Below are positions 9,988 through 19,392 of a stretch of DNA of 64,000 nt, in pieces. The notes beneath the pieces are model-generated. The model ran no database searches and was not told where the DNA came from. It saw nothing but the letters and a program-made list of their open reading frames with translations. This DNA comes from a virus. The DNA is taken from UHGV virus genome UHGV-0037395. The stretch is one strand, 5' to 3'. How positions within the stretch are numbered: the stretch's first letter is position 1; every line of letters begins with the position of its first letter. The position numbers were made by a program, and so were the translations under genes.

Positions 9988-10377
9988 TTAGTCATTTAAT
10001 CCCGGAACATAGATCCCAACACGGTTTAATTGTTCTTTAGCTTCTTTGAGAATATCTGGAGTGTACTCCCAAATATCATCTTCCACCTGTAAAAGATGGG
10101 GCGAACAACCATCATCAGGCGCACGACATATGGCCAAGCCACGTGGATGGAATATAGAGAAGTTTAGGGCAACAATTAAACCCATAGCGGACAATTCATT
10201 CCAGTCCATCTCCCATTCCCCGGCGTAGCCGGATAGAAAAACACCAATACAGGGATCATCTGTTTGCTGCTCAGGAAAAGTGAAGGAGGCTTGTCTTACC
10301 CCTAACCAACGTTGTAGCAGCTTTTCCGCACGCTTCACCAAACTAGGGTCAATCTGACGCCAATATACTTGTTCCAT
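9988..10377 (-). CDS. Hypothetical protein, paralog A of tandem pair (129 aa)
   Basis: Shares PCIG..W.E.D.MGL..ALN...F.P...and C-terminal (Y/M)(V/I)PGL with the adjacent ORF. Confidence 0.45.
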   Translation of the reverse strand: MEQVYWRQIDPSLVKRAEKLLQRWLGVRQASFTFPEQQTDDPCIGVFLSGYAGEWEMDWNELSAMGLIVALNFSIFHPRGLAICRAPDDGCSPHLLQVEDDIWEYTPDILKEAKEQLNRVGIYVPGLND

Positions 10378-10386
10378 TCTGCCTCC

Positions 10387-10815
10387 TTAAGCAGTTAAAC
10401 CTGGGATCATATACCCGAAACGTCGAAGTTTCTGAATCCCCTCATTTACTTCTTCCGGTGAGTAAGACCAACCATAACGTTCATTAACCTGAAAACCAGG
10501 AGATTCACTAGTTTTATAGTTAACAACAAGGCGATGCTTAGCAGGCATAAACAGCTTATAATTTAACGCAAAAACTAAGCCCATTTCGTCTAACTCTTTC
10601 CAGCCCACAATCTCTTCAAGACCATCCTCTACCTGCACAATTAAACCAATACAGGGCCCCTCATCAATATCATCTTTAAAAGCAAAGGAGATTTCGTTAT
10701 TCTCACACCATATTTTCAAAGAGTTAATAGCCTCATTATACAGGCTAGCTGGGAGAGTACGCCAAAAGTTAACCAAAATTGGGTTAGCTTCTTTAGAGAA
10801 TACATTATTGAACAT
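10387..10815 (-). CDS. Hypothetical protein, paralog B of tandem pair (142 aa)
   Basis: Paralogous to 9988-10377 (same conserved blocks). Confidence 0.45.
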   Translation of the reverse strand: MFNNVFSKEANPILVNFWRTLPASLYNEAINSLKIWCENNEISFAFKDDIDEGPCIGLIVQVEDGLEEIVGWKELDEMGLVFALNYKLFMPAKHRLVVNYKTSESPGFQVNERYGWSYSPEEVNEGIQKLRRFGYMIPGLTA

Positions 10816-10817
10816 AT

Positions 10818-11324
10818 TTACACCTTAAATTGTTGTAAGGATTTACACATTTCAAGATCCGGACTAAATTCTAGCATATAGCTAACAGCTTTTAAATCCT
10901 GAAGATTTATCCCAGTCCTACCGTTGACTATAACCGTTGGATACTGATACATCATAGCACCCGCATCATCAAGCACACACCAATGTTTGAGCTTATGCTT
11001 TTCAACGAAGCGAAGAACAGAATTACCCCTAGATAACCCACCCCCAGTAAAATCCGTTGTACCAAGAAAACGATCGATAAGACCTAATCCGGTCATAATC
11101 TGAACGTTCTCCATCTCATTCCTGACAGAGAACCATGAGGATACTCCAACAATCATTATCGGAGAAGGACGAATAAAGTCCTGAAAAGCCTTGAGAAGCG
11201 GTTTGAAAACCCAGTCACTTCCAAAGAAAATCTTTTCATTATCAGGTGCATGATGGTGGGAGATGCTCGAATTGAGCACCCCATCAATATCTAGAAAAAT
11301 AATTGGAGTATTACTTATTTCCAT
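10818..11324 (-). CDS. HAD-superfamily phosphatase-like protein
   Basis: N-terminal IIFLDIDGVLN (DxDGxx HAD motif I), 168 aa. Confidence 0.5.
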   Translation of the reverse strand: MEISNTPIIFLDIDGVLNSSISHHHAPDNEKIFFGSDWVFKPLLKAFQDFIRPSPIMIVGVSSWFSVRNEMENVQIMTGLGLIDRFLGTTDFTGGGLSRGNSVLRFVEKHKLKHWCVLDDAGAMMYQYPTVIVNGRTGINLQDLKAVSYMLEFSPDLEMCKSLQQFKV

Positions 11325-11520
11325 TTTTGTTCCTTTCTAAGAACGTATCATACTCAACCGTATCAACATATATAACACCATAGTCATCGGATTTATAGTC
11401 CATTTCCCACAGCTCACAGCGATAGCACCAACTACCATCTGCCCATACAAATATATCATCGGGATGTGTATAAACAGATTTAACTATGGACATATCTGTT
11501 TCCCTTGCTTCTCGACACAT
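11311..11520 (-). CDS. Hypothetical small Cys-containing protein (69 aa)
   Basis: ORF overlapping neighbours on the same strand. Confidence 0.3.
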   Translation of the reverse strand: MCREARETDMSIVKSVYTHPDDIFVWADGSWCYRCELWEMDYKSDDYGVIYVDTVEYDTFLERNKNGNK

Positions 11521-12316
11521 AAGGTCTACCCTCTAAATGAGCTTCTACACGAGCAATAAAATCATGGTCACTAAAAGCATCTACCGCACCTTTACTCCAG
11601 TAAGGGATACCGCGTTCTTCCAACTGGTACATCTCACTACGAGTCATACCTTGATAGCCCGGTTCTGCTGCGAGGGCACTATCATAGTAGTTAACAACCA
11701 TAAGTTTCGCAGCAGTCAAATTAAGAACAGGAAATAATTCCCAGTAGAAGTTAATTACTTGGTTAGAGCAACCAACCACAATGATCATATCTTGACTGGT
11801 AATACCATCAAAAACATTATACATTTCTGCGTATGCAGGAGCATGTTCTCCAAAGAAGATTACATTAGGTTTAACCCATTTATAATCATCTGGATCAATA
11901 GAATTATACCCTACATCAATAATCCGTTTGTTGCTACTATTGTAGCTATCAGCTACAACAACCTCTTTTAAATATCCGTGAATGTGCAGAATGTCACTAT
12001 GTGGAACGCCAGCACGCTCAATAAGGTCATCAACGTTGGTAGTCAAGTTTACTACTTGACCTGGATATTGTTTATACCATTCACCAATACGCAAATGTGC
12101 AAGATTGGGTTCAACAGTTTTTAGCTCTTCACGACGTTTGTTGTAAAACATATGGGTTTTATGGTAAAAATTACCACGAAAGGCATGAATATTACATACT
12201 TCTTCTAGATCATAATCATCCCACAATGCTTTACCACTAGCAGTATCAGTACGAAAAGCTCGTACACCACTTTCAACACTCAAACCCGCACCACTAATAA
12301 TAATTACCCTACGCAT
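11480..12316 (-). CDS. Sir2 (sirtuin) family NAD-dependent protein
   Basis: Sirtuin motifs GAGLSVESGVRAFR, TTNVDDLIERAG, HIHGYL and KPNVIFFGE. Confidence 0.65.
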   Translation of the reverse strand: MRRVIIISGAGLSVESGVRAFRTDTASGKALWDDYDLEEVCNIHAFRGNFYHKTHMFYNKRREELKTVEPNLAHLRIGEWYKQYPGQVVNLTTNVDDLIERAGVPHSDILHIHGYLKEVVVADSYNSSNKRIIDVGYNSIDPDDYKWVKPNVIFFGEHAPAYAEMYNVFDGITSQDMIIVVGCSNQVINFYWELFPVLNLTAAKLMVVNYYDSALAAEPGYQGMTRSEMYQLEERGIPYWSKGAVDAFSDHDFIARVEAHLEGRPYVSRSKGNRYVHS

Positions 12317-12530
12317 TTTTCACCTGTTCTCTGAAGTTTTGCCCAATACTGTCTAATAGCTCAGCTAATTCTTTATTGCCTTTCTCCATTAAGGTATTAG
12401 CAATAACTTCTAGCATAGTAGCGCAGGATTCAACACCATCCTTATAGCCAGTTTCCCAGTGCTGCATTAATGCGTTTTCCAAAGCGGAGTTTAAACCCTT
12501 ATCTGGTAGCATCGGCTTCGAGAATGCCAT
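12309..12530 (-). CDS. Hypothetical protein (73 aa)
   Basis: ORF in operon array. Confidence 0.35.
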   Translation of the reverse strand: MAFSKPMLPDKGLNSALENALMQHWETGYKDGVESCATMLEVIANTLMEKGNKELAELLDSIGQNFREQVKNA

Positions 12531-12702
12531 AAAGTTTCTCCTCTAGTTCCATAACACGATTTTCATAAGAGGCACGCAACTTTTCAATTGCTAGCGCACG
12601 CACTGTAACCTCATTAGAATTAATAGCTAATTGGGCCAGATCTTCTGTTTCCATACGTCCGTTGTAAATTAAGCGATATTTAAGATGTTTTACGTTTTTC
12701 AT
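12499..12702 (-). CDS. Hypothetical protein (67 aa)
   Basis: ORF in operon array. Confidence 0.35.
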   Translation of the reverse strand: MKNVKHLKYRLIYNGRMETEDLAQLAINSNEVTVRALAIEKLRASYENRVMELEEKLYGILEADATR

Positions 12703-12711
12703 TCTTGTTCC

Positions 12712-12993
12712 TTAGTTCTGTACTGTAAATTCATTCTTATCACAGTGAGCATAATAATACCCGTACATACGATAAATTTTCACAGCCTTAGTAGACCCCT
12801 TCGATTCTTCATAATCGATCCAGAGCCACTTGTCTTTACCTACATAGTGTACCCGAAACTTCTTAACCTTCTTATCATTCCATGTTGCAACAACACGACG
12901 ATAATCAAATCCACCCAACCAATCTAGAGCCTTACGTTCTTCACTAGGCTCTCCAAGATGGGAGACATCTACTTTGGGAAGCAACTCGCTCAT
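12712..12993 (-). CDS. Hypothetical protein (93 aa)
   Basis: ORF directly downstream of T5-type promoter (13022-13050, minus) with RBS GAGAGGAG. Confidence 0.4.
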   Translation of the reverse strand: MSELLPKVDVSHLGEPSEERKALDWLGGFDYRRVVATWNDKKVKKFRVHYVGKDKWLWIDYEESKGSTKAVKIYRMYGYYYAHCDKNEFTVQN

Positions 12994-13021
12994 AGCTTTC
13001 TCCTCTCAAATTTATAAATCT

Positions 13022-13050
13022 ATTATATATAAATTTTTGGCTGAAAGCAA
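13022..13050 (-). promoter_or_regulatory. T5-type early promoter (TTGCTT-17-TATAAT)
   Basis: Followed by TAAATTTGAGAGGAG RBS region of 12712-12993. Confidence 0.6.
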
Positions 13051-13054
13051 ATAA

Positions 13055-13088
13055 AATAAAAGCCAGGTCGACTAGCAACCCGGCTGAT
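13055..13088 (-). terminator. Probable terminator after nrdD
   Basis: GC-rich imperfect hairpin followed by T-rich run on minus strand. Confidence 0.35.
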
Positions 13089-13092
13089 TAGC

Positions 13093-14967
13093 TTATTTAG
13101 CTCGAATATCCTGATGTTTCACCCTGCCCATAACCTCATGCTGTTTGCCTGGGTTAAATGGACGAGCACCAGGATTTCCAAGATACCCACAAACTCGACG
13201 AGTTACTTCAAGAGTTTCGGGGTCATGATTACCACAGATAGGGCACTTAAATCCATCTTCGGATGCTATTGTTTCACCTAAGAATCCACATTTACCACAA
13301 GAATCCACTGGAGTATTAATACCGAAGTAATGAACCTTACTAGCAGCATAATTAATAACCCATTCCAGTGCATCTGGGAATCGTTTCATATCCGGTAATT
13401 CTACATAGGAAATGCACCCACCAGAAGCAATAGGAGTAAAGTTAGACTCATAATCAAATTTCACATTGGGAGCAACTTTACGTTCCACATCAAGGTGGTG
13501 AGAGTTAGTGTAGTATCCTTTGGACAGAATATCTTCATGCTCCGGGAAATATTCACGGTCTAGACGACAAAAACGGTCACATAGGGATTCTGATGGTGTA
13601 GCATACAGGCTATAACCTAACTTAGTTTCTTCCTTCTTCTGATCGACTCTATCCCGCATGTACTGCAATACACGCTGAACAAACTTGATGCAGGTCTCGG
13701 ACATCGTGTCTACATCTTTGCCAAACATGAACTGTAGCATTTCATGGCAACCAATATACCCTAGAGATACAGAAGCACGGTTATAGAAATGATCGAATAC
13801 ATATTCATCAGGCTCCAAGCGCAGTCCAAAGGCTCCTGACATATAGAGGATGGGCGCAGCTTTAGCTTGAATGTATTTTAAGCGATCAACTCTCCACTCC
13901 AATGCTTTTAACGCTGTATCCACACGTAGCTCAAGTAAATCAAAGAATAGGTCAATATTTCCTTCAGCTTCGATAGCAATTCTAGGCAAGTTTACAGAAA
14001 CAACACCTAAGTTATTACGACCGGCAGTTTCACCATCTTCTGTAGCAGCTAGGAATGAACGACAGCCCATAGAAACTTTATAGTCTCCAGTAACTTCCAC
14101 AACCTTATCATAGCTGATATAATCTGGGTACATACGTTCAGCAGTACATTTCATAGCTAACTTCTTGATGTCATAATTAACATCCCCTGGTTTCATATTT
14201 ACGCCATCACGAAGTACAAATACCAGTTTCGGGAAGATAGCTGTACGTTTATTGATACCTAAACCATCCATGCGTACTTTCAATATTGCTTTCTGTACTA
14301 GACGTGCTTCCCAAGAAGTTCCTAGACCAAAACCAAAGGTAATAAATGGACTCTGACCATTAGAGTTGAACATGGTATTGATTTCATATTCTAAACCCTG
14401 ACAAGCGTCATAGACTTCTTTTTCAGTCATCTCCGTAGCCATTACTGATGCTTTGGCTTCATCCTTAGTCCAACGTTTTGCAAACGCATGATTTTTGTCA
14501 TAGGATTTACGAACATAAGGAGCTAATACTTCATCAAGGCGATCCACGGAAGTGCCACCATACTGATGGGAGCTAACTTGAGTGATAATCTGAGCAGTAA
14601 TAGCCGCTGCAGTAGTGATAGAGTTTGGAGTGCTAATTTCAGCATTACCAACCTTCATACCATTCTTCAACATATCTTCCAGAGCTACCAGACAACAGTT
14701 AGTCATGCCTAATGCAGCATAATCAGCATCATGGAAATGAATATCCCCAATCATATGAGCATTTCGAATCTGAATTGGCATTTCTTCTAGAATCAGATAC
14801 TTACTCAATTCACCTGCAAGCATATCCCTCTGTGTAGGGAAACGTTCTGAGGGTTTATTGGCATTATTAAACAGCAGCTCTTCATCTGCTGACCCTTCGA
14901 TAATCTCTTTGCAGTTTCTAATTAACGCCTGCATTTCTTTATACTTTAGTTCTTCATTGCGATTCAT
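13093..14967 (-). CDS. nrdD: Anaerobic ribonucleoside-triphosphate reductase (class III)
   Basis: 624 aa; C-terminal glycyl-radical motif RVCGYLG; Zn site CGKCGF...CPICG. Sigma70-consensus promoter upstream. Confidence 0.85.
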   Translation of the reverse strand: MNRNEELKYKEMQALIRNCKEIIEGSADEELLFNNANKPSERFPTQRDMLAGELSKYLILEEMPIQIRNAHMIGDIHFHDADYAALGMTNCCLVALEDMLKNGMKVGNAEISTPNSITTAAAITAQIITQVSSHQYGGTSVDRLDEVLAPYVRKSYDKNHAFAKRWTKDEAKASVMATEMTEKEVYDACQGLEYEINTMFNSNGQSPFITFGFGLGTSWEARLVQKAILKVRMDGLGINKRTAIFPKLVFVLRDGVNMKPGDVNYDIKKLAMKCTAERMYPDYISYDKVVEVTGDYKVSMGCRSFLAATEDGETAGRNNLGVVSVNLPRIAIEAEGNIDLFFDLLELRVDTALKALEWRVDRLKYIQAKAAPILYMSGAFGLRLEPDEYVFDHFYNRASVSLGYIGCHEMLQFMFGKDVDTMSETCIKFVQRVLQYMRDRVDQKKEETKLGYSLYATPSESLCDRFCRLDREYFPEHEDILSKGYYTNSHHLDVERKVAPNVKFDYESNFTPIASGGCISYVELPDMKRFPDALEWVINYAASKVHYFGINTPVDSCGKCGFLGETIASEDGFKCPICGNHDPETLEVTRRVCGYLGNPGARPFNPGKQHEVMGRVKHQDIRAK

Positions 14968-14996
14968 TATACTCTCCTTCTCTAACTAAGACTACT

Positions 14997-15023
14997 ATTA
15001 TAACTCATTCGAGGGCGGATGTC
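14997..15023 (-). promoter_or_regulatory. Sigma70 consensus promoter (TTGACA-17-TATAAT) for nrdD
   Basis: Perfect -35/-10 hexamers on minus strand; lacks the T5 cassette flanks. Confidence 0.6.
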
Positions 15024-15160
15024 AATATAATTTTTCTCTTAGATATCGTATTTTGATCTGTGCTAAGAAAATTGATCAGAATGTCAAAATTTTATTGACA
15101 CCACCATAACTTTTGTATAAGATATACACATAACTTAAGAAATTTGACAAGGAAATAAAA

Positions 15161-15652
15161 ATGAACACTGAAATAACCCAAGACCTACTAAGGACCTACT
15201 TTGACTATAAAGATGGAGAATTGTTTTATAAACCAACTTATAAAACCCCTGCGGGAAGAATATCCAAAAAAGCAGGTAAATCCGCCAGGCTAACTCCGTG
15301 TAATGGGTACTATCGTATAAATGTACCAAGAATAGGTGTACAGAAAGAACATAGGATGATTTTCCTATATCATGAAGGATACCTACCAGAAGTAGTAGAT
15401 CATATTGATAGGGATAAAGAAAACAATAGGATAGAGAACCTTAGGGCATCTAATCTTCAGGACAACGCTATTAATCGCTCCATAAGTAAAAGTAACACCT
15501 CTGGCATTGTGGGTGTCCATTATGATGAATCGTATGGTAAGTGGGTTGTAACGTACAGGGGTAAGTACTTTGGAAGATTTGATACCAAAGAAGAAGCTGC
15601 CGAAGTTAATGCTAATGTTCGTGCCCTTGATCAAACCCGTATAAATAGTTGA
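15161..15652 (+). CDS. HNH homing endonuclease
   Basis: GYYRINVPRIGVQKEHRMIFLYHEGYLPEVVDHIDRDKENNRIENLR; similar to the 9393 and 49367 endonucleases. Confidence 0.6.
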   Translation: MNTEITQDLLRTYFDYKDGELFYKPTYKTPAGRISKKAGKSARLTPCNGYYRINVPRIGVQKEHRMIFLYHEGYLPEVVDHIDRDKENNRIENLRASNLQDNAINRSISKSNTSGIVGVHYDESYGKWVVTYRGKYFGRFDTKEEAAEVNANVRALDQTRINS

Positions 15653-15735
15653 TTATCTAGTATCACACATCTCCCGTTAAAAGCAAGCAAATTTTTTATT
15701 TAAATGCAATATCATAGGCTTATTTAAAATTGTAG

Positions 15736-15764
15736 TTGCTTTTTACTGTATATATTGGTATAAT
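15736..15764 (+). promoter_or_regulatory. T5-type early promoter for phoH (TTGCTT-17-TATAAT)
   Basis: Cassette match. Confidence 0.55.
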
Positions 15765-15837
15765 ATATTTGTAAGTTGATAAACAAGATCTTTTTGTTGA
15801 TCCTCTGTTAGCGAAGTACACTATAGGAGTGTTATTT

Positions 15838-16590
15838 ATGGGAAAAGCACGTCAAAAAAGAGAGAACCGCAATGGTTCAAGAAAGCGTGGCAACAAATAT
15901 GAGAATAACGTAATTCAGGCTGATTTTTCTAATGATTACGCTAACCCAGTTGCTAAATCCCTAGTAGGTAAAAACCGCGAGCAAAAATCATATATCAATA
16001 TGATCAAGAACAACACAGTGACTGTGGGTATCGGTGAGCCAGGTACTGGTAAAACCTTTATTCCGTCCGTTCTTGCAGCTCAGGAACTCGTAGACATTCA
16101 CTCAGATATTGAGCAAGTGATCCTCGTACGTCCTAATGAACCTCTAGGTAAGTCTCTTGGTATGCTTCCTGGTGATCTAGCGGAAAAGCTAGAGCCTTGG
16201 TTGGAGCCAATAGCTGATGGTATGAAATGGGCCATCGGCGATCATGCATATAAAGGATATGTCGAACGTCAGAAAATTAAATTTTTGGCTGTCGAACATG
16301 CTCGTGGCAGAACTTTCAACAACTCCTATGTAATTGTCGATGAAGCTCAGAATATTTCCGTTGAGGCAATGATTTGTATCCTAACTCGTGTAGGACAAGA
16401 CTGCCGCTTAATTATCTGCGGAGATATAGCTCAGAAAGACATTAAAGGTGACTCAGGTCTAGCACTCCTTATGGAAGTATATGAGAAATACGAAAATGCC
16501 CCATTCTCAATGATTGAATTGATTGATAACGTTCGTTCTGTTGAGTCTAAAGCATTCTATGATATTTTCAAAGACATGGGGAAGGTGTAA
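15838..16590 (+). CDS. phoH: PhoH-like ATPase
   Basis: Walker A GEPGTGKT and Walker B VIVDEAQN. ATG at 15838 with RBS TAGGAG (ORF track starts at upstream GTG). Confidence 0.85.
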   Translation: MGKARQKRENRNGSRKRGNKYENNVIQADFSNDYANPVAKSLVGKNREQKSYINMIKNNTVTVGIGEPGTGKTFIPSVLAAQELVDIHSDIEQVILVRPNEPLGKSLGMLPGDLAEKLEPWLEPIADGMKWAIGDHAYKGYVERQKIKFLAVEHARGRTFNNSYVIVDEAQNISVEAMICILTRVGQDCRLIICGDIAQKDIKGDSGLALLMEVYEKYENAPFSMIELIDNVRSVESKAFYDIFKDMGKV

Positions 16591-16592
16591 TA

Positions 16593-16813
16593 TGGGAAAC
16601 GTCGTTCATCTGAGCCGTAAAACTAAAATACATCGTACTTCACTGAGTGCTGCTAATATGATTACACGTAAGGAAGGGGAAGAAAGTCCTAGGACAACCC
16701 TAGCGTGGAAAATTGTAACCTCAAATCCAAATAAACCATTCAATTATAACGAGCTGAGCACCTCCATAGATATTCTATTAAAAGAAGTAGCTAGAGCTAA
16801 AGTAATTGAATAA
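16593..16813 (+). CDS. Hypothetical protein (73 aa)
   Basis: ATG 3 nt after phoH stop, preceded by GGAAGG. Confidence 0.35.
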
Positions 16814-16888
16814 GCTAAAAAGCTAGACTGGTAATATACAGGGCCTGGGTATGAAAATACTCGGGCCTTTTCTATCAGAAAATTTTAT

Positions 16889-16917
16889 TTGCCTAATGAC
16901 CAATAATAAAGTAGAAT
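16889..16917 (+). promoter_or_regulatory. Promoter for nrdA (TTGCCT-17-TAGAAT)
   Basis: Hexamers with 17-bp spacer after a weak hairpin. Confidence 0.4.
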
Positions 16918-16955
16918 ATTCCTTAAATCCTGATAACTATAAAAAGGAAAACCAA

Positions 16956-19286
16956 ATGAGCCATCGCATTGAAAAAGTAATTAAACGTGACGGTACTATA
17001 GAAGACTTTGCTCCTGAAAAAATCAATGGTTGGGCAGAGTATGGTTGCAAAACAGTTGATGTAAGTTGGTCCGCCATTACTATGGCTGCTCAAAAAACTC
17101 TACCTAAAGGGGTTGTAGATTCCGACACTCTGATGGACGCATTAATTAAAGCTGCTGAAAGTCTTATCAAAGATAACCCAGCATACGATGTGCCAGCAAA
17201 GGAATTACGTCTTGCGCAAATGCGTAAACGCCTTTATGACTCTTTCGAACCACCTTCTCTGCGCTTCTTCCATGATCATATGGTTAGCGTAGGTGCATGG
17301 GAAGACATGAGTGCATGGATTACCGATGAGCAATTTGAAGCTCTGAATCAGGTTATCGATCATGATCGTGACCGTCTTTTTACTAGTGGTGGACTGAAGC
17401 AGTTCTTTGATAAGTATTCCCGTCGTAATATAGCCACTGGTGAAATTTATGAAACCCCGCAATTCGCCTACATGGGTATGGCAATGGCGATGCTATCTCA
17501 ACCTAACTGGACAATTCTAGATGCAATCGACCTCTACAACGCAATGTCGCTCCACAAAATCAACGTTCCTACGCCGCCATTGGTTGGTCTGCGCTCTAGT
17601 GACCGTGGATTTGCTAGTTGCTGCCTCGTGGATTCCACTGACACGTTGGATTCAATCGACACCGCCGAGCACATCGTCTTCAAAATGGTCGCAGCCAGAG
17701 CGGGAATCGGGTATCATCTTGAAAGCCGATCAATTGCTGATCCGGTGCGAAATGGGGCATTCCCGCATTCCGGAAAACTGCCATATTATCGACACATTGA
17801 CCGCTCAGTAAAGGCTAATACTCAGCAAACTCGTGGTGGTTCTGCTACAGTGTCTTATCCATACTTCGACCCTGAAATCATTCAATTGATGCAGGTTAAG
17901 CAACAACGTGCTACAGATGAGAATAAAATCGATAAGATGGATTATTCTCTGAGCTTTAACAATCTTTTGTTAAAACGTTATCTTAAAAACGAAGATATTA
18001 CGCTAATGTCATACTTCTATGCTCCAGAAGTTCATGAAGCGTTTTATAGTGATGACGAGGCTAAATTTGAAGAAATCTACGTGGCAGCGGAGAAACGTGT
18101 GGCATCTCTTACAAAGATCGACCACGAAGGAAAAACAGTTCCAGCAGCTCCTAAAGTCTCTGCAAAAGAAATCCTAGATACTTGGCTACGTATCCGAATG
18201 GAAACAGGACGTATGTATGCTCATCACATCGGGGAATCTAATCGTCACGGTAACTTCCTTGATCCGATCCGTATGACAAACCTTTGTGTTGAAATTACTC
18301 AGCCTACCCGCCCGTTCCATCACATTACAGAGCTGTACAAGACAAAAGAGCAGCTTGATCAGATGAAGCCGGAGGATATTGGTGAAGTATCCCTGTGTAA
18401 CTTAGGTGGTGTTGTACTTGGACGCATGGAATCTCTGGCTGAGTGGGAAAAAACTTGCTACATCCTTCTGAAGTTTGTTGATACAATTATTGAAATTCAG
18501 GATTATCCGTTCCCAACTATGGAATATACGGCCAAGAAACGTCGTAATGTTGGTATTGGCCTGATGAACGCAGCGGGTGCAATGGCAGCAGAAGGTCTGG
18601 CTTACGAAGGTATTGAAGCGCGTAACTGGATCCACCGTGAGGCTGAAAAACTGTCTTACTTCCTGCATAAAGCCTCTGTACGCCTGGCTAAAGAACAGGG
18701 TGCATGTGAGTGGTTTGATCGTACTAAACCATCTAAAGGAATTCTGGTAATCGATACGTACAAGAAAACTGTTGATGAACTGGTATCCGTAGGTCTAGAA
18801 ATGGATTGGGAGTCTCTACGTGCAGATATTCTGAAATATGGTATGCGTAACTCTGTTCTGACGGCTCAGATGCCGGGAGAAAGTTCTTCTGTTCTGTTAG
18901 GTGTTACTAACTCTATTGAACCGCCTCGTAAGATTGTATCTATCAAGGGTAGTGCAGTAAATAAAGTAATTGCAATTGCTCCAGGTGCAATCGATTGGGA
19001 AACGTTGATGAGCTATAAGCTGGCTTATGATGTAGATCGTATCGAGTGGATCAAATGGGTAGCAACTATGCAGAAATTCTTCAGTCAGTCTATCAGTACG
19101 AATATGTACTATGACTACACCAAGTTTGAGAATGAAATTATTCCTGGCCCAGTAGTAGTTCGTGATTTCATGACTGCTGTTAAGTATGGGTGGAAAACTT
19201 GGTATTATGCTAACTTCAATACCGCAAATGGTGGAGGTGCTGGAGAAGAAGCAGCCGGTTGTGCATCAGGCGGTTGTACTATTTAA
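16956..19286 (+). CDS. nrdA: Ribonucleotide reductase large subunit (class Ia)
   Basis: 776 aa with ATP-cone N-terminus and C-terminal CASGGCTI redox tail. ATG at 16956 after RBS AAGGAAA. Confidence 0.85.
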   Translation: MSHRIEKVIKRDGTIEDFAPEKINGWAEYGCKTVDVSWSAITMAAQKTLPKGVVDSDTLMDALIKAAESLIKDNPAYDVPAKELRLAQMRKRLYDSFEPPSLRFFHDHMVSVGAWEDMSAWITDEQFEALNQVIDHDRDRLFTSGGLKQFFDKYSRRNIATGEIYETPQFAYMGMAMAMLSQPNWTILDAIDLYNAMSLHKINVPTPPLVGLRSSDRGFASCCLVDSTDTLDSIDTAEHIVFKMVAARAGIGYHLESRSIADPVRNGAFPHSGKLPYYRHIDRSVKANTQQTRGGSATVSYPYFDPEIIQLMQVKQQRATDENKIDKMDYSLSFNNLLLKRYLKNEDITLMSYFYAPEVHEAFYSDDEAKFEEIYVAAEKRVASLTKIDHEGKTVPAAPKVSAKEILDTWLRIRMETGRMYAHHIGESNRHGNFLDPIRMTNLCVEITQPTRPFHHITELYKTKEQLDQMKPEDIGEVSLCNLGGVVLGRMESLAEWEKTCYILLKFVDTIIEIQDYPFPTMEYTAKKRRNVGIGLMNAAGAMAAEGLAYEGIEARNWIHREAEKLSYFLHKASVRLAKEQGACEWFDRTKPSKGILVIDTYKKTVDELVSVGLEMDWESLRADILKYGMRNSVLTAQMPGESSSVLLGVTNSIEPPRKIVSIKGSAVNKVIAIAPGAIDWETLMSYKLAYDVDRIEWIKWVATMQKFFSQSISTNMYYDYTKFENEIIPGPVVVRDFMTAVKYGWKTWYYANFNTANGGGAGEEAAGCASGGCTI

Positions 19287-19294
19287 TAAAAACA

Positions 19295-19320
19295 AGGAGA
19301 TCTTCGGGTCTCCTTTTTCT
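19295..19320 (+). terminator. Rho-independent terminator after nrdA
   Basis: GGAGATCTTCGGGTCTCC plus TTTTTCTTT. Confidence 0.6.
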
Positions 19321-19332
19321 TTGAAATTTTAC

Positions 19333-19361
19333 TTGCTAATCGCTACCAGATTTGCTATAAT
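19333..19361 (+). promoter_or_regulatory. T5-type early promoter for nrdB (TTGCTA-17-TATAAT)
   Basis: Cassette match after the nrdA terminator. Confidence 0.55.
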
Positions 19362-19392
19362 ATTCCTGAAATAGTGAGAAAGAGGAAAATCA

